A DNA stretch of 64,000 nt from a virus. The stretch lies in the IMG/VR virus record IMGVR_UViG_3300036770_003758, positions 1 through 64,000 of that record. One strand, given 5' to 3'. The position numbers and the translations under genes are program-made. Positions 22,501-32,196 of the stretch are shown piece after piece. Each line of letters starts with the position of its first letter. Positions within the stretch are counted from its first letter, which is position 1. The notes beneath the pieces are model-generated. The model saw only the letters and a program-made list of their open reading frames with translations, made no database searches and was not told where the DNA came from.

Positions 22501-23769
22501 AGTAAAGAAAATGATAGGGTAGAATTTACTATTGACGGTAAGCAAGTAAATCTTCCTGCTGGAGCTAATATTAGATTAATGGCTGGAGGTGCTTATGCAG
22601 CTTTTACAATGGAAGATGTTATTGACGCTAAATACAATGCAGAATATCTATCTAATAGTGATTTAGGAAAAAGTATTTTAAAAAAGTTAAATTATAAGAC
22701 TATTAATAGATTACCTAACGGTAATGTTAAAGGTGGTCAAGATGGTTGGAAGATTAGATTTAATATTAAAAACCCAAAAACAGGTGAATCTTACTATGAC
22801 GATAAAGATGGTGGCAATCGTTTAGTTGATAATGAATATAACAAAAGAGCAGAAACTTTAATTAACTTTCTTCTTAATTATTTTGGAAGTAATAAAAAGG
22901 CAGATCCTGCTAAATTAGAAAACCATTATTTTATAACAGATCCAGATGGTACATCAAGAGAACCTTTTAAGCATTTAGCCGGAGGTGAAATTGGTGAATC
23001 TGATTTTACTATTTATATTGGTAGTGCGGACGATGTTTTAAAATTTATATCTGACATTAGAACTAAGCATCCTGAAATATTAAAACTTTTACACCAAGGT
23101 AATAAATCTCAAGATGTTTTGATAGATGATATATTTAAAGGTAGAATAGAAGGTCGTGACATTGGGTTTACCGGATATCACATTCCTCTTAACTTAGATA
23201 GTGTTATAAAAGACAAGCATTTTATATTTGAACATAACAATGAAAATGTTATTTTAAGTTACGAAGACTCACCTTATATAATCATAACAAAATCTGATGG
23301 TACAGTTAAAGGATATGGACCTGCTTTTGATAAAAATTTAAAGAAAGATTATCCTGATTTATATGAAAATATTAGGAACCTAGTAGGATTTGAATTATAT
23401 GGAACTTATCTTACAGGTTCTAATAATGAATTTGTAGAATTAATCAACAAGCAACCTAGTACTGAACCTACACCTACTGGTAACGTTGATGTAGCTACTA
23501 TAGATTTAACTAAATACACTCCTGAGATAGATGATGTTATTACTATTGAAGGTGTAGATTACACAGTTGTTAGTGAAGTTGGAAACACAGTTGTGTTGAA
23601 ATCTAACGTAGATACTAAATCTCTTAGTATTAGTAGAATAAGAAGTAATCTAGTTGATGGTTATTATAAATTTAAGAGTAGGATAGTTAAATCTGTAGCT
23701 GATTACAATAAGATATTAAGTGATGCTATACAGCGTGGTATTATTGACGAAATAAACTGTAATAGATAA
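16519..23769 (+). CDS. giant ejection protein (first of the crAss-like large-protein cluster)
   Basis: 2416 aa; N-terminal Gly-rich hydrophobic helices, long coiled coils, variable C-terminal modules. Confidence 0.75.
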   Translation: MAKILSPQDLSTVDRGIPKIPLGAFSLRDIAGRTSYGTPSALKIDDLSEYEGVDIDLAVRGGERALQEGRALRQTGAELLAKGIGNIAENVIFETLKFPGTIASGIGIVTGNEGMINNLWLQGFDALQKPLTELTEVYVPPSVQEKGLWGQLSSPYFWAGEGADAIGTMLSMMIPGRWLATFGLGAKAAKGLAKAGKLGEIAVDGSRILETTGDANKIGKFLVKTLGSTGRGIDFGKLARNIDSGVAVATNTLLESSAEALDTYESLLAQGKTPEEAGEAATKVMMLNMGLLTVSNTLLEKYVFNGFNRLPSVGKQLTTALKGGTPVYKPFQQAGIKFAAGVLAEGVIEEGLQTSFQQEEGDPIRSLERYFENFQSLFSADPDIEFGKAVILGSLLGGAVGGISGFADVRDQKALLQGRPERVLAKGRLGTLQGMLGYKAKQAEKGLIDIFRPSFESLKTGKDILKNSVNEKGEFNVEALNEESTMFALSNMVDDILLQNNGDVQASKTQVAASLRELGMSSASIKNLINGLIPSDINNLSGEQVLKLITLKKDNTYFSRFAANPAGFEMLDAHIDDMVDALEERYEMNTGAKLSDEKKKSISTDLKSKAKRYKNMYEAATTFNNNVRYGIEVAREDAEDFNEFIRMTQGQTLGSMTYIEELRTIADEIEKETSAEQQKINTARNTLKNAKKNGGDPDFIKTLEQDLAKAISDANAAIPNFDKKRTDLARIRENVTAREKNIIEFGTEPKVKEKWEAFLEVKREKKKATQQYFDGIEVDTKIMPAMYKIIFDQLVNKGYAPQLITDVPFVKIAVFHATYEDDLYTFTQTKDGFNVRNHSEETDEVVANWKALIEKFPKLSILTVDQYNLEKKRVDKEIADRRAELEQQAAIQALTELSDEINQQFAKIEAELQSNYNTLQGIRDSLETNKKTLISNQGKLKRTNKKGMPVEDLQGTVTKLKKLVKELKTQQKNITKTIASLEAAKIRLQFESNGINNLIERMQAGTSVKFNQEALQDFATTEYGQATGEFLQEALDFSKLSSSQRTKSAFLEKFAEYQIRAQQQILNVVNEVTLAKQLSDEVQGLINLITTHISEIGATIPVKSLSDIPDNVKAELENKFPGVLEAMDKALKSNNPDVVLKFLADLVNKVKDQHSDTYVEVLKDFANLLQPYVDLSAEISSDVLSNRAEELVKNIEKNEMYYVGLKALRRFAILIKYQKQLTKLKNQIIKGYSPKEDPQLIPDVETQDVTGDPTLFSSEEQNRKVLSLFNTSGLNIEYDNDGSDVRADILNLGYTLPVPSQSDITRNFFQWLDSNDTGNFKVIPYAPEFNDTDFDDITDPETAKVLRDYIAGTPPDARAEALYGVVIEEVDGVRMLKMYNGKPLINSMMRPQTKFPRDKNPRMARRAYIGLFLKDVLGFASIPTDKDLVSTNSLNLTKSSIDKLEKYGISIPDPKSLTSRSFYNMIESFALVYAQMKYQQGFNELLSKTRELKGNDLSSRKLLETTGISKGFQVVAKTINGEPVQFNSENMELEYTQGGNPKNFDILKANFDGIATLNGVKYDALQPGRLYIKKHDSNTLIPVEMGMLSNNEIDAILYMLSMYADNKRSLRQMIPQLDGSVRIKNTYIKLSNMSILPATKDRVSLISMIMNWGFKVKGDPSPFDIYLSKGSVIFNDSSISLNALKKAYLENDAATLQPLIAFLRTKRVNANYNLLGVANNFFEFTVERDKKTNKPFDIKAVQKQGSYAKHILDRASFYGAPKDVLDAAGLPSSAQKYIMFKDFDTKVDVNEFRAKTPSAKPKPAFKSKPSGVSPVINALKESSSITDFRTRAASYLTDPESAGLFSRILKKLKNESGPLFEAEKLLVLNDKSIVSSKTTADVTPEESSVTVKDILSSLEQEETQQGEESGTNITMEEALSTLWEQVGGKPETQEQPEAGAIEEARKADIEKSKKLTKEYGEVAISDGKNVEQKLAQIGKFFKDNFGWNITYIKASKENDRVEFTIDGKQVNLPAGANIRLMAGGAYAAFTMEDVIDAKYNAEYLSNSDLGKSILKKLNYKTINRLPNGNVKGGQDGWKIRFNIKNPKTGESYYDDKDGGNRLVDNEYNKRAETLINFLLNYFGSNKKADPAKLENHYFITDPDGTSREPFKHLAGGEIGESDFTIYIGSADDVLKFISDIRTKHPEILKLLHQGNKSQDVLIDDIFKGRIEGRDIGFTGYHIPLNLDSVIKDKHFIFEHNNENVILSYEDSPYIIITKSDGTVKGYGPAFDKNLKKDYPDLYENIRNLVGFELYGTYLTGSNNEFVELINKQPSTEPTPTGNVDVATIDLTKYTPEIDDVITIEGVDYTVVSEVGNTVVLKSNVDTKSLSISRIRSNLVDGYYKFKSRIVKSVADYNKILSDAIQRGIIDEINCNR

Positions 23770-26700
23770 TGGCTTGTCAATACGTATTTCAAGGTAAGAC
23801 ATATAATAAAAGATCTATTCTTAATGCAATTAAGGATGGTGATGTTGTACTTGGTGATATCCAAACAGCACGTGAGAACATACGTAAGATTCTGAACATG
23901 AACGATTCTGAGATAGAACTTGTTCGTGGTCTTATTGATAACGATGCTGTTGGTGCATTTACACAAGATGGTAGGATACTATTATCTGATCGCTTTGTAC
24001 AAGGTGAAGAATATCACGAAGCATTCCATCGTGTGTTTAGAACTGTATTTAGTGATGCGCAACGTAAAGCATTGTTTAAAGAGTATCGTAATCGTGAAGG
24101 GTTTCAAGAATCTTTAGATCAAAAACGTAAACTCTATCCTAATCAGAGTACAGAAGAACTTATCGAAGAAGTACTTGCGGATGAGTTCATGATGTATCAG
24201 TTAGCTAACGGTAACTACGTAGTGCCTAAGCCTATACAGAATGCATTTCAGCGTATCCTAAACTTTATTAGAAAGTTACTTGGACTCAAGGATATCGCTG
24301 GTGTATACGAATCTATACGTGCTGGTAATTACAAAAGTGTAAAACCTAAGTTTTATAAAAGTACTAGGTTAGCTAAATCTAAAGTAAAAGTTGGTAATCT
24401 TGAGTTAGATGTATTTCAGAAAAATGAAATACTAGATGCAGTTATTGCTAAGTTTAGTACTTCGTTTATAGAAGAAGTTAGCGATAAAGATTCTTTTGAA
24501 GATGTAGATATTAACAGGCATTTAATCGATGGTATAGAAAATGTAATAGATCTTTTACGAGAAGATTTTTCAAGCAGTAAAAAGCAACAGTTAGCTAATA
24601 GTATTGAAGACGATGCTTTAGTGTATATACCTGTACAAGATATTGAAGGTAATTTTTACACGCAAAAAAATATAAATGCTAACTCACCTATTGTAGAAGA
24701 ACTAACGTTACGCTTAGATCAGCTTAGGATTAAAACTAAAGAAGAAACGCCAGAGCCTGAAGAACTTAATGATGAAGAAGCAGTTACTAATGATTATGCA
24801 TTTCTAAAAGCTAGCTGGGAAACAAATCCAGAGGATAACATTACGCTAGCTATGAAGATCTTCGCTACTTCAATAGAGAGTTCACAGCTTAGTGATTACT
24901 ACGCATTACCTAAACCAGAACCTTATGGTAAGGTAATTATGACGCTGTTTAAAGTACTTAAGAATGCTACACATAACTGGGATGTAGTAAAGAACTTACT
25001 TGAAAATAACGTAGATATCAACCCTTGGATACAAACTATTCTAGATCGTTTGCAAAACAACTTAAAGTTACGCACACAGTTTGTACGATCATTTGTAAAA
25101 GCACACTACGATATGTACAGCGGTATCTGGGTTAAAGAAGAACTACAGGTACAACCGTTAGAAGATGAAACTAGATTTATATCTTTAATACGCGAGATTA
25201 AAGATTACATTAACATACTTGGAGATAGAGAACTTATAGTTAGTCCTAGTTTATCAGATCCTAATTTATCTACTAAAGAGAAGTTTCGTATACTTACAGG
25301 TATAGAACTATCTGATGAAATATTAAAAGGTACAATAAACACCAGTAAAGGTCTTACAACAGGTGAAGAGATTGCCGATAATATAATTGCTGTTACTCGT
25401 ACAAACATAAATGAAGGTGTTCAGTACAAGGATCTATTTAATAACAAAGTATATAGACCTACTGATAAATCAGAAAGACCTGAAGATTATTCTGTACTAG
25501 GTAACTTACGTCGTCTTCTTAATGAGTATAACAAATATAGACCTAATGAACAAGGTGTGGTACTTAATCACAATCGTGATAGAGTATGGCCTTGGACTAC
25601 GCACACGTATCAAAAGCAAGTAGAGTCTGCACTTAACTTAGTTGCTAATTTAACACCTAGTGAACTAGCAACTATTGATTCTGGTATAACTGAAGGTGGA
25701 TTACTCCCCGAAGAAGTTAATATGCAAAAGCGTATTGCTAAACTTAGAGAGTTGCTACCTTGGTTTGTAGATTACAAGTTTAACTTTTACGTAGATGAAA
25801 ATGGATTAACTAAAACTAACTCGTTAATACTTAAGCGTATACTAGAGCAAGGAGATACTTACTCTATATCTATATTTAGTGGTATGCGTTTAGATGATGG
25901 TACTGACGCTAAGGATTTACTTACACCAGATATGATACCTATGTACATTAGGTCTATGAGTGGATTAGAACCTAAGTACATTAGCGTTAAGCATGGTGAT
26001 CGTGGTGCTATATTTGCTGGTGGTTTTGAAAGTAAAGTAAAATATACAGATGATATAACTGCACAAGACTACTTAGCTTCACTACTACTAGACGAGATTA
26101 ACTTAATTCGCGATAGTAAAACGTACAGTGTCTTTAAAAAAATGGGTGACGGTAACCTTAAGATATTTGAGTTTCTAGACATTGATGCAAATGAACTGCA
26201 AACGTTAGTCAATGACATGACGTTGACTTCAAACAAGTTACACAAGAAGTATAAAGAAAGTTTTGATAAGTATGTAGAAGGGATTGAAGCAGACTTTAAA
26301 AACTTATTGAAAGAAGTCTATGCTAACTTTGAAGGTAGAAGATTTGATGATGTATTTACTAAACCTGGAGAAACAAAAGTACCTTTTTATACTACAGCAG
26401 AGGTGTTTAGTATGTACAAAAACGATGAAGAAATTCTTATCAAAGAAGTAGTTAAGAATTATTTGATACACTTCCACGAAGACATGCGTGTATTTGTAGG
26501 ATACGCAGGTGAGTATCCTAACATGGTAAACTTGTTTAAACGTATTCAAAGTTTATCTTCTTCTGGTACTCCACTAGTTAATGACGGTGAGCTTAATAGC
26601 TACATTGATAATAAAAATCAACAAGATGCGTACGCAATTATTACAAATGGTGAAGTTGAAATGCGCACGTATGGTGATCGTAACTTAAAGCAAAAAGGTA

Positions 26701-29700
26701 AGATTAAAGAGAAAGTACTTACTGGACCTAGGGTTAGTTATACACAAGCTGAAAAAGAAAATCTAGCTGCTATCCATAAAGCTAACTTGATTAAAGAAGG
26801 GTTTCCAGAAAAGATTGCAGAAAAGCGTGCTGAAGAATGGGTATCTGTATTTAATAAATACGAAGAAGCAGATGGTGTAACGTTTACAAACATGTTCTTT
26901 TATCGTGAATATAAGGATAGGTTAGGAGAATGGAATCAGAACATGGAGAATGCTTTTCAGATTGAGTTAGCTATCCTTAATCAGAATGACTTAAACCCAG
27001 AAGTATTTTTTGCAGAAGGTGATCGTGTATTTGCTAATAGACCTGCAAATTTACCAGTAATACGCATTAAAGCATTTGATTTAAGTAATGAAAATGCAGC
27101 TAGGGTATTTAACAAGTTAGAACCTTTTACTATGCTTAAGCCAGTGTACACTGGTCCAGTAGAACATCAAGGAGCTACAGTAAATGGTATACGTAAAACA
27201 GCTCTTCATGTTATACTACCTAGTATGGTATTTGGTACTGATAAGATGCAGAGTATACACGACTACATGCTACGTAATAACGTAGATATGATAGCGTTAG
27301 ATAGTGCTACTAAGAAAGCAGTACCTAGTAATGTAGAAGATATTAATTTGAAAATATACTCTACTAATGAAGACACGTTTACAATCTTAGATACGATGTA
27401 TCTTAAAGAACAAGTAAAGATGTCTAACGATGAAAAGGGTAGGATTAAAAACGCTACACAGTCTACTACAATAGTATTTACTAATATCTTTGAAGAAGAT
27501 CCTAGAGGATTTTCTAAGCCTAAAGATTACACAGGTGAGAGACCTTGGAATGAGCTTACTGATGAAGAGAAGTTAGCTCAGAGTAAAGTATTTACTAAAT
27601 ACACAAAGTACAAAGAAGCACTTGATGCTGTTGTAACAATGCACATGGATCGTGTTAAAGAAGATCTAGGTGTAGTCAACGATAATATCACAGACATTGA
27701 ACTTGTTACGGAAATACTTAGAACTAACATTAACGTACCTTCAGTTAGGGATGCTTTAAATTATGTAACAGAAGCTAAGAGCTTAGACTTATTACCTAGC
27801 TTTAATAGGATTGAACCAGCATTACTTAGTATTGTAAGTAATGAAGCTGTTAGGATTAAACGTCCTGGTGAGATGCTAGCGCAGTACTCTGTCTATGGTA
27901 TGGATGAAGTTACAATATCTGGTGTTAAATCTAAGCGTCTTCAGAACTATAGAATTGAAGGTAATGTAATTAGACCAGCAGAGATTATTGTACCACTACC
28001 TAAGAGTATGGCTGCTCAGTTAATGAAAAGGTTTAAAACTAATAACTTAGTAGAAGCTATACAGAGATATAACAAGAATAAGAAAAAGATTATTGTAAAA
28101 GGTTTGCGTATTCCTAATCAACAGTTATCGTTTAACGGTATCTATGAGATTAAAGAGTTTGCATTACCTACGATGCAGAACTATATTGTATTACCTAGTG
28201 AGATTGTGCCAGTAAGTTCTTCTGACTTTGACATTGATAAGCAGCAAGTATATTGGCCTATACTTGACGATAGAGGTAACATGGTTCAAACAGATGAAGC
28301 TCGTGTATATAATAGGTTACTCCAAGCTGAGATAGATCTGTTGTTAGATCCATCTAATTTTCATACGTTGATGGCACCTGTAAATGAAGCTTGGTTTAGT
28401 AAAGATTTATTTAAAGATATATTAATAAAACGCGGTGAGTATACTGCAGAACAACTAAATAGTGACGAGAAATTAGAAAATGCTGTAATCAAGTTTACGT
28501 TTAAAGAGATTGGTAACATCGCTAGTCAAATACGTACTGCTATTAACATGACACAATCTAAGCTTAACGTAGGTCTTATGGCTACTAACGCTAAGATGTA
28601 TCCTGTAGGTCAAGCAGATTCTTGGAAAGCTAGCAGTGTAGTAGCTAATGAAGATGATGTTCTTATAGCTAACTTGATACCTTTTGAAGGTGATAAGCAA
28701 CACTTCTTTGCACTGTATGATTCTGACTATAGACATATTACAGAAATTATTAGTACGTTAATGACATCGCAGTTAGATGGTGTTAAGAACCCATATGCTG
28801 TAGCATTGAATATTGTTAAGAATAGTATTGGACCTATGATGTTTATGGTTAGACGTGGTATGCCTATTAACTTAATAGCTAGGATTATTGCATCACCTGT
28901 AGTGATGAGGTATAACACAGTTACTAACTTGTTTAAATCTAACTCAGCTAAAGCTAGGCGTATATACCCTAAAACTAGTGGGCAGAATAATGTACTACAC
29001 TTTATGTACTCGTTTAAAGGTAAAAGTGCAATAGAAAATTACTTAAACGAGTTTAAAAATAGAGATAGGATAGTAAGCTCTGCTACTGTTCTTAAAGCAT
29101 TATCAGATAAAACATTAAAGACTGAAGATAGTCTTCAAGTACTTGCTGGTTATATGTACGTTGAAGAACTAGCTAAAGCTATGTTAGAGATATCTACTGC
29201 GATGACACCAGATACTAAGCCGTTAGGTAACATGTCTATGGTAGATGTAATGTTTAAAAAGTATCAAGATTTTGCCGATAGCTTTCGTCGTAAAGCAGGT
29301 ATGATAAATCAAGATTTTAGAACTGGATTTTTAAAACCTTTCTACAATGCTCAGAAGTTATATCAACTGTTTGGTAACTTATACTTTACTAGAAAAGATA
29401 AGTTAGCTAATTACTTAACGGTAGAGTTAGGTACACAAGTTAGCGCTGGTGCTATATCTGTAGATGATAGAGCTAGAGTTAAGAACACATTTGTTAATGA
29501 CTTTAAAGCGTACATGTTCTTTAAAAAACTTAATGAAAGTGAAGAATATAAAGGTAAGTACACATTTGATGCTATCATGACTAATAGTAATCTTGTAGAT
29601 GAAATTGCAAGCATACGACAAGATGAAACGCACCCTATAAGTACTAACTACCTAATACAGAATTTAATTCCTATTACAGGTATAGCTACAGATCCAGATG

Positions 29701-30662
29701 GTACTACACCTTTGTATTTACTTAAGCTAAGAAGTAGGGGTGATAACGCATTACATCTATATGATCTGTATCAAAACTTTGAAGATCTTGTAGATTCTGT
29801 TGTAGGTACAGAGTATGAAGCAAGTATGCACGAACTTGTACGTAAACTTATTGCGTACAACGTATACACTACTGGATTTGGATTCTCACCATTTACATTA
29901 GATGATGCAGTATCTCCTAGGTTAGTCAACAAGTTGTACAAAGAAATAGATTTTTACAACACTAAGGTTACAGAAGAAGATGTTACACAGTTTGCTAACT
30001 TGTTTGTAGCTATGAACCCTAATGTATTTAGGTTTAAAATTAAACCTAAGAAGAATGAAACAAACTTTTTTAGAAATGTGAGATATAAGTGGGATGGTAC
30101 TTTTACAGCTAATGAAACAAACGTAACTATTTTAGGTAACTCGTACGCTAAACGTTATGATAGTAAAGTACCTGAATACTTAACTATTTCTGTTCCACGT
30201 GGAACTCAAGCTCAAGTACAACCTACACCTGCAACTGAACAGGAAATATATAAATGGGCTAGGTATTCACAAAATTCGTACGAAGTATCTTCACAAGGAG
30301 ATAAAAGATTTAGTGCTTTATACGCTACGTTAAAAGACGGTAGAACTATTGAAGAAGCATATCAACTCGATGTTAAAGGTTACAGGAGTAAAGGTAATGA
30401 TTGGAGATTAGGTAAAGGTAAGGCACCTTTAAGAAATATTAGTAGAGAGCAATCTTGGGAAGAATACAAACAGTTGTGGAGAACTTACTTAAACGAAAAT
30501 CCTGAGTTGTTAAAAGAATTACAAGATAAAGCTAGAGGTAAAGTTCTCACAGATAAATTTGCATCTACAGATATTTCACAAGCAAGAGCTTTAGCTGAAA
30601 TATTAAATGAAAAATCTATTGAACAACAGATTCCTGATGAACTAACAAATCAATGTAAATAA
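23769..30662 (+). CDS. virion-packaged double-psi-barrel RNA polymerase with N-terminal zincin-like domain
   Basis: RIPNQ...SSDFDIDK (DFDID at 28224-28238, the catalytic motif of crAss-like RNAPs such as phi14:2 gp66); HEAFH at 24015-24029 followed by EEVLADEF. Confidence 0.92.
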   Translation: MACQYVFQGKTYNKRSILNAIKDGDVVLGDIQTARENIRKILNMNDSEIELVRGLIDNDAVGAFTQDGRILLSDRFVQGEEYHEAFHRVFRTVFSDAQRKALFKEYRNREGFQESLDQKRKLYPNQSTEELIEEVLADEFMMYQLANGNYVVPKPIQNAFQRILNFIRKLLGLKDIAGVYESIRAGNYKSVKPKFYKSTRLAKSKVKVGNLELDVFQKNEILDAVIAKFSTSFIEEVSDKDSFEDVDINRHLIDGIENVIDLLREDFSSSKKQQLANSIEDDALVYIPVQDIEGNFYTQKNINANSPIVEELTLRLDQLRIKTKEETPEPEELNDEEAVTNDYAFLKASWETNPEDNITLAMKIFATSIESSQLSDYYALPKPEPYGKVIMTLFKVLKNATHNWDVVKNLLENNVDINPWIQTILDRLQNNLKLRTQFVRSFVKAHYDMYSGIWVKEELQVQPLEDETRFISLIREIKDYINILGDRELIVSPSLSDPNLSTKEKFRILTGIELSDEILKGTINTSKGLTTGEEIADNIIAVTRTNINEGVQYKDLFNNKVYRPTDKSERPEDYSVLGNLRRLLNEYNKYRPNEQGVVLNHNRDRVWPWTTHTYQKQVESALNLVANLTPSELATIDSGITEGGLLPEEVNMQKRIAKLRELLPWFVDYKFNFYVDENGLTKTNSLILKRILEQGDTYSISIFSGMRLDDGTDAKDLLTPDMIPMYIRSMSGLEPKYISVKHGDRGAIFAGGFESKVKYTDDITAQDYLASLLLDEINLIRDSKTYSVFKKMGDGNLKIFEFLDIDANELQTLVNDMTLTSNKLHKKYKESFDKYVEGIEADFKNLLKEVYANFEGRRFDDVFTKPGETKVPFYTTAEVFSMYKNDEEILIKEVVKNYLIHFHEDMRVFVGYAGEYPNMVNLFKRIQSLSSSGTPLVNDGELNSYIDNKNQQDAYAIITNGEVEMRTYGDRNLKQKGKIKEKVLTGPRVSYTQAEKENLAAIHKANLIKEGFPEKIAEKRAEEWVSVFNKYEEADGVTFTNMFFYREYKDRLGEWNQNMENAFQIELAILNQNDLNPEVFFAEGDRVFANRPANLPVIRIKAFDLSNENAARVFNKLEPFTMLKPVYTGPVEHQGATVNGIRKTALHVILPSMVFGTDKMQSIHDYMLRNNVDMIALDSATKKAVPSNVEDINLKIYSTNEDTFTILDTMYLKEQVKMSNDEKGRIKNATQSTTIVFTNIFEEDPRGFSKPKDYTGERPWNELTDEEKLAQSKVFTKYTKYKEALDAVVTMHMDRVKEDLGVVNDNITDIELVTEILRTNINVPSVRDALNYVTEAKSLDLLPSFNRIEPALLSIVSNEAVRIKRPGEMLAQYSVYGMDEVTISGVKSKRLQNYRIEGNVIRPAEIIVPLPKSMAAQLMKRFKTNNLVEAIQRYNKNKKKIIVKGLRIPNQQLSFNGIYEIKEFALPTMQNYIVLPSEIVPVSSSDFDIDKQQVYWPILDDRGNMVQTDEARVYNRLLQAEIDLLLDPSNFHTLMAPVNEAWFSKDLFKDILIKRGEYTAEQLNSDEKLENAVIKFTFKEIGNIASQIRTAINMTQSKLNVGLMATNAKMYPVGQADSWKASSVVANEDDVLIANLIPFEGDKQHFFALYDSDYRHITEIISTLMTSQLDGVKNPYAVALNIVKNSIGPMMFMVRRGMPINLIARIIASPVVMRYNTVTNLFKSNSAKARRIYPKTSGQNNVLHFMYSFKGKSAIENYLNEFKNRDRIVSSATVLKALSDKTLKTEDSLQVLAGYMYVEELAKAMLEISTAMTPDTKPLGNMSMVDVMFKKYQDFADSFRRKAGMINQDFRTGFLKPFYNAQKLYQLFGNLYFTRKDKLANYLTVELGTQVSAGAISVDDRARVKNTFVNDFKAYMFFKKLNESEEYKGKYTFDAIMTNSNLVDEIASIRQDETHPISTNYLIQNLIPITGIATDPDGTTPLYLLKLRSRGDNALHLYDLYQNFEDLVDSVVGTEYEASMHELVRKLIAYNVYTTGFGFSPFTLDDAVSPRLVNKLYKEIDFYNTKVTEEDVTQFANLFVAMNPNVFRFKIKPKKNETNFFRNVRYKWDGTFTANETNVTILGNSYAKRYDSKVPEYLTISVPRGTQAQVQPTPATEQEIYKWARYSQNSYEVSSQGDKRFSALYATLKDGRTIEEAYQLDVKGYRSKGNDWRLGKGKAPLRNISREQSWEEYKQLWRTYLNENPELLKELQDKARGKVLTDKFASTDISQARALAEILNEKSIEQQIPDELTNQCK

Positions 30663-30663
30663 C

Positions 30664-32184
30664 ATGGCTTGTCAAATTAAAAGAAAAGATAACGGTACTA
30701 TAGATACTGTACTAGCACCTAATGGTAAACCTAGTGTGTTATACAACTCACTTGTAAATGCTATTGCTAGCTCAGAAGTAACTAGAAACGTTATACAATC
30801 TGATCCTTATGTAAGTTCTGTAATGGATAGTGTATATGTAATGGATAACACTGCTGAAGAACTTGCACTAGCTGCTTGGAGTAAGGCGTATACCATAGAC
30901 TTTATAGATAGCTTTGGTAACTGGAAAGAAGATAAATTACCTGATACAGATAGTAACGGTGAGCCTACTGTAAACATGTTATTTCCAGAGATTACAGATA
31001 CTGGTGTTAAACCTGGTGTATCTGAGTTGTTTGATTCTAATCCTGAGTTAGCTAATCAAGTATATGAAGCTTTAGGGTATAAAACAGAAGCTGCAAAAAG
31101 AGTTGAAAAAGCTAATGAAGATATTAAAGAAATACAAAAAATTGGAGTTGATACAGAATATGAGGATGTAGTTAAAAGTTCAGATAAGAATAGGTTTCAT
31201 TTTTTAGATACTAATATATTTACAGATAAAAATCAAAAATCAGTAAATATTGAACATGTAAGAGTACCTGAAAAATACAGAAATAAAGGCTACGGTTTAA
31301 GCATGTATATAGTAAGAGGAGAAGAACTTTTAAAAGAAGGTAAATTTCTTATAAGCTATGACCAACATTCTCCAGAAGCAGAAACAGTTTGGCAAAGGTT
31401 ATTACAATTAGGGTTAGCTACACAAGAAGGAGAATATGGCACATATCAATATGTAGGTTTAAAAAACCAAGAAATAACCCCAGAACAAAAACAACAAGCT
31501 CTACAACTATACTCTCAATACTTAGATACTATATTCCCTAATAGTAAAGTAAAGGATATTGTTTATCATGGTAGTCTTTCAAAGTTTGATAGTTTTTTAA
31601 AAGGAGTTACTAAAAGAACAACTTCTTCTGACGGTATATGGTTTACAGATTCAAAAGAACTAGCAAAAGAATATTCTATATCTGAAAAAATAGTTCATGT
31701 AGGAATTGAATATGATGTTTTAAAAAAATTAAAATCTGAAAATTCAGCTAAAAGTTATAAAATATCATCAGGGCTTGATGCAGATAATTACCAAGATTTT
31801 GTTAAAAAGTATGGAGAAAATAAAATAAACCAAGGTGTTATAATAGAAACAGAAAATTTAAACATAGTATATCCTTCAATAGTTAATATTAAAAATTTAA
31901 AAATCATTGACGGTGAAGGATTTAATCAATTTGCAAGAGATAAGGAAGTTAAAAAAGCAAAAAATGAAAATAAAGATGGTCTTATCATAAAAAATACATT
32001 AGATACAATAAGTAATAATTATGATTTAAGAGCTAATACAATAACTGTATTTGAACCAGAACAAATACACATACTCGGTACTCCACAAGATATAGAAGGA
32101 TTTAAAAAGTTTGTATCTAAACCTACACAACCAGTAAGTAACGAGTGGACTAACGTAAAAAATAACTGTCCTAAACTAATTTAA
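30664..32184 (+). CDS. polyvalent protein with GNAT-like and ART-PolyVal-like ADP-ribosyltransferase domains
   Basis: APNGKPSVLY; FGNW..DSNGEP; VPEKYRNKGYG (GNAT motif A); VYHGS..F..F..GIWFT..A.EY...DGLII..VFEPEQI. Confidence 0.7.
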   Translation: MACQIKRKDNGTIDTVLAPNGKPSVLYNSLVNAIASSEVTRNVIQSDPYVSSVMDSVYVMDNTAEELALAAWSKAYTIDFIDSFGNWKEDKLPDTDSNGEPTVNMLFPEITDTGVKPGVSELFDSNPELANQVYEALGYKTEAAKRVEKANEDIKEIQKIGVDTEYEDVVKSSDKNRFHFLDTNIFTDKNQKSVNIEHVRVPEKYRNKGYGLSMYIVRGEELLKEGKFLISYDQHSPEAETVWQRLLQLGLATQEGEYGTYQYVGLKNQEITPEQKQQALQLYSQYLDTIFPNSKVKDIVYHGSLSKFDSFLKGVTKRTTSSDGIWFTDSKELAKEYSISEKIVHVGIEYDVLKKLKSENSAKSYKISSGLDADNYQDFVKKYGENKINQGVIIETENLNIVYPSIVNIKNLKIIDGEGFNQFARDKEVKKAKNENKDGLIIKNTLDTISNNYDLRANTITVFEPEQIHILGTPQDIEGFKKFVSKPTQPVSNEWTNVKNNCPKLI

Positions 32185-32196
32185 AACTATACAACT

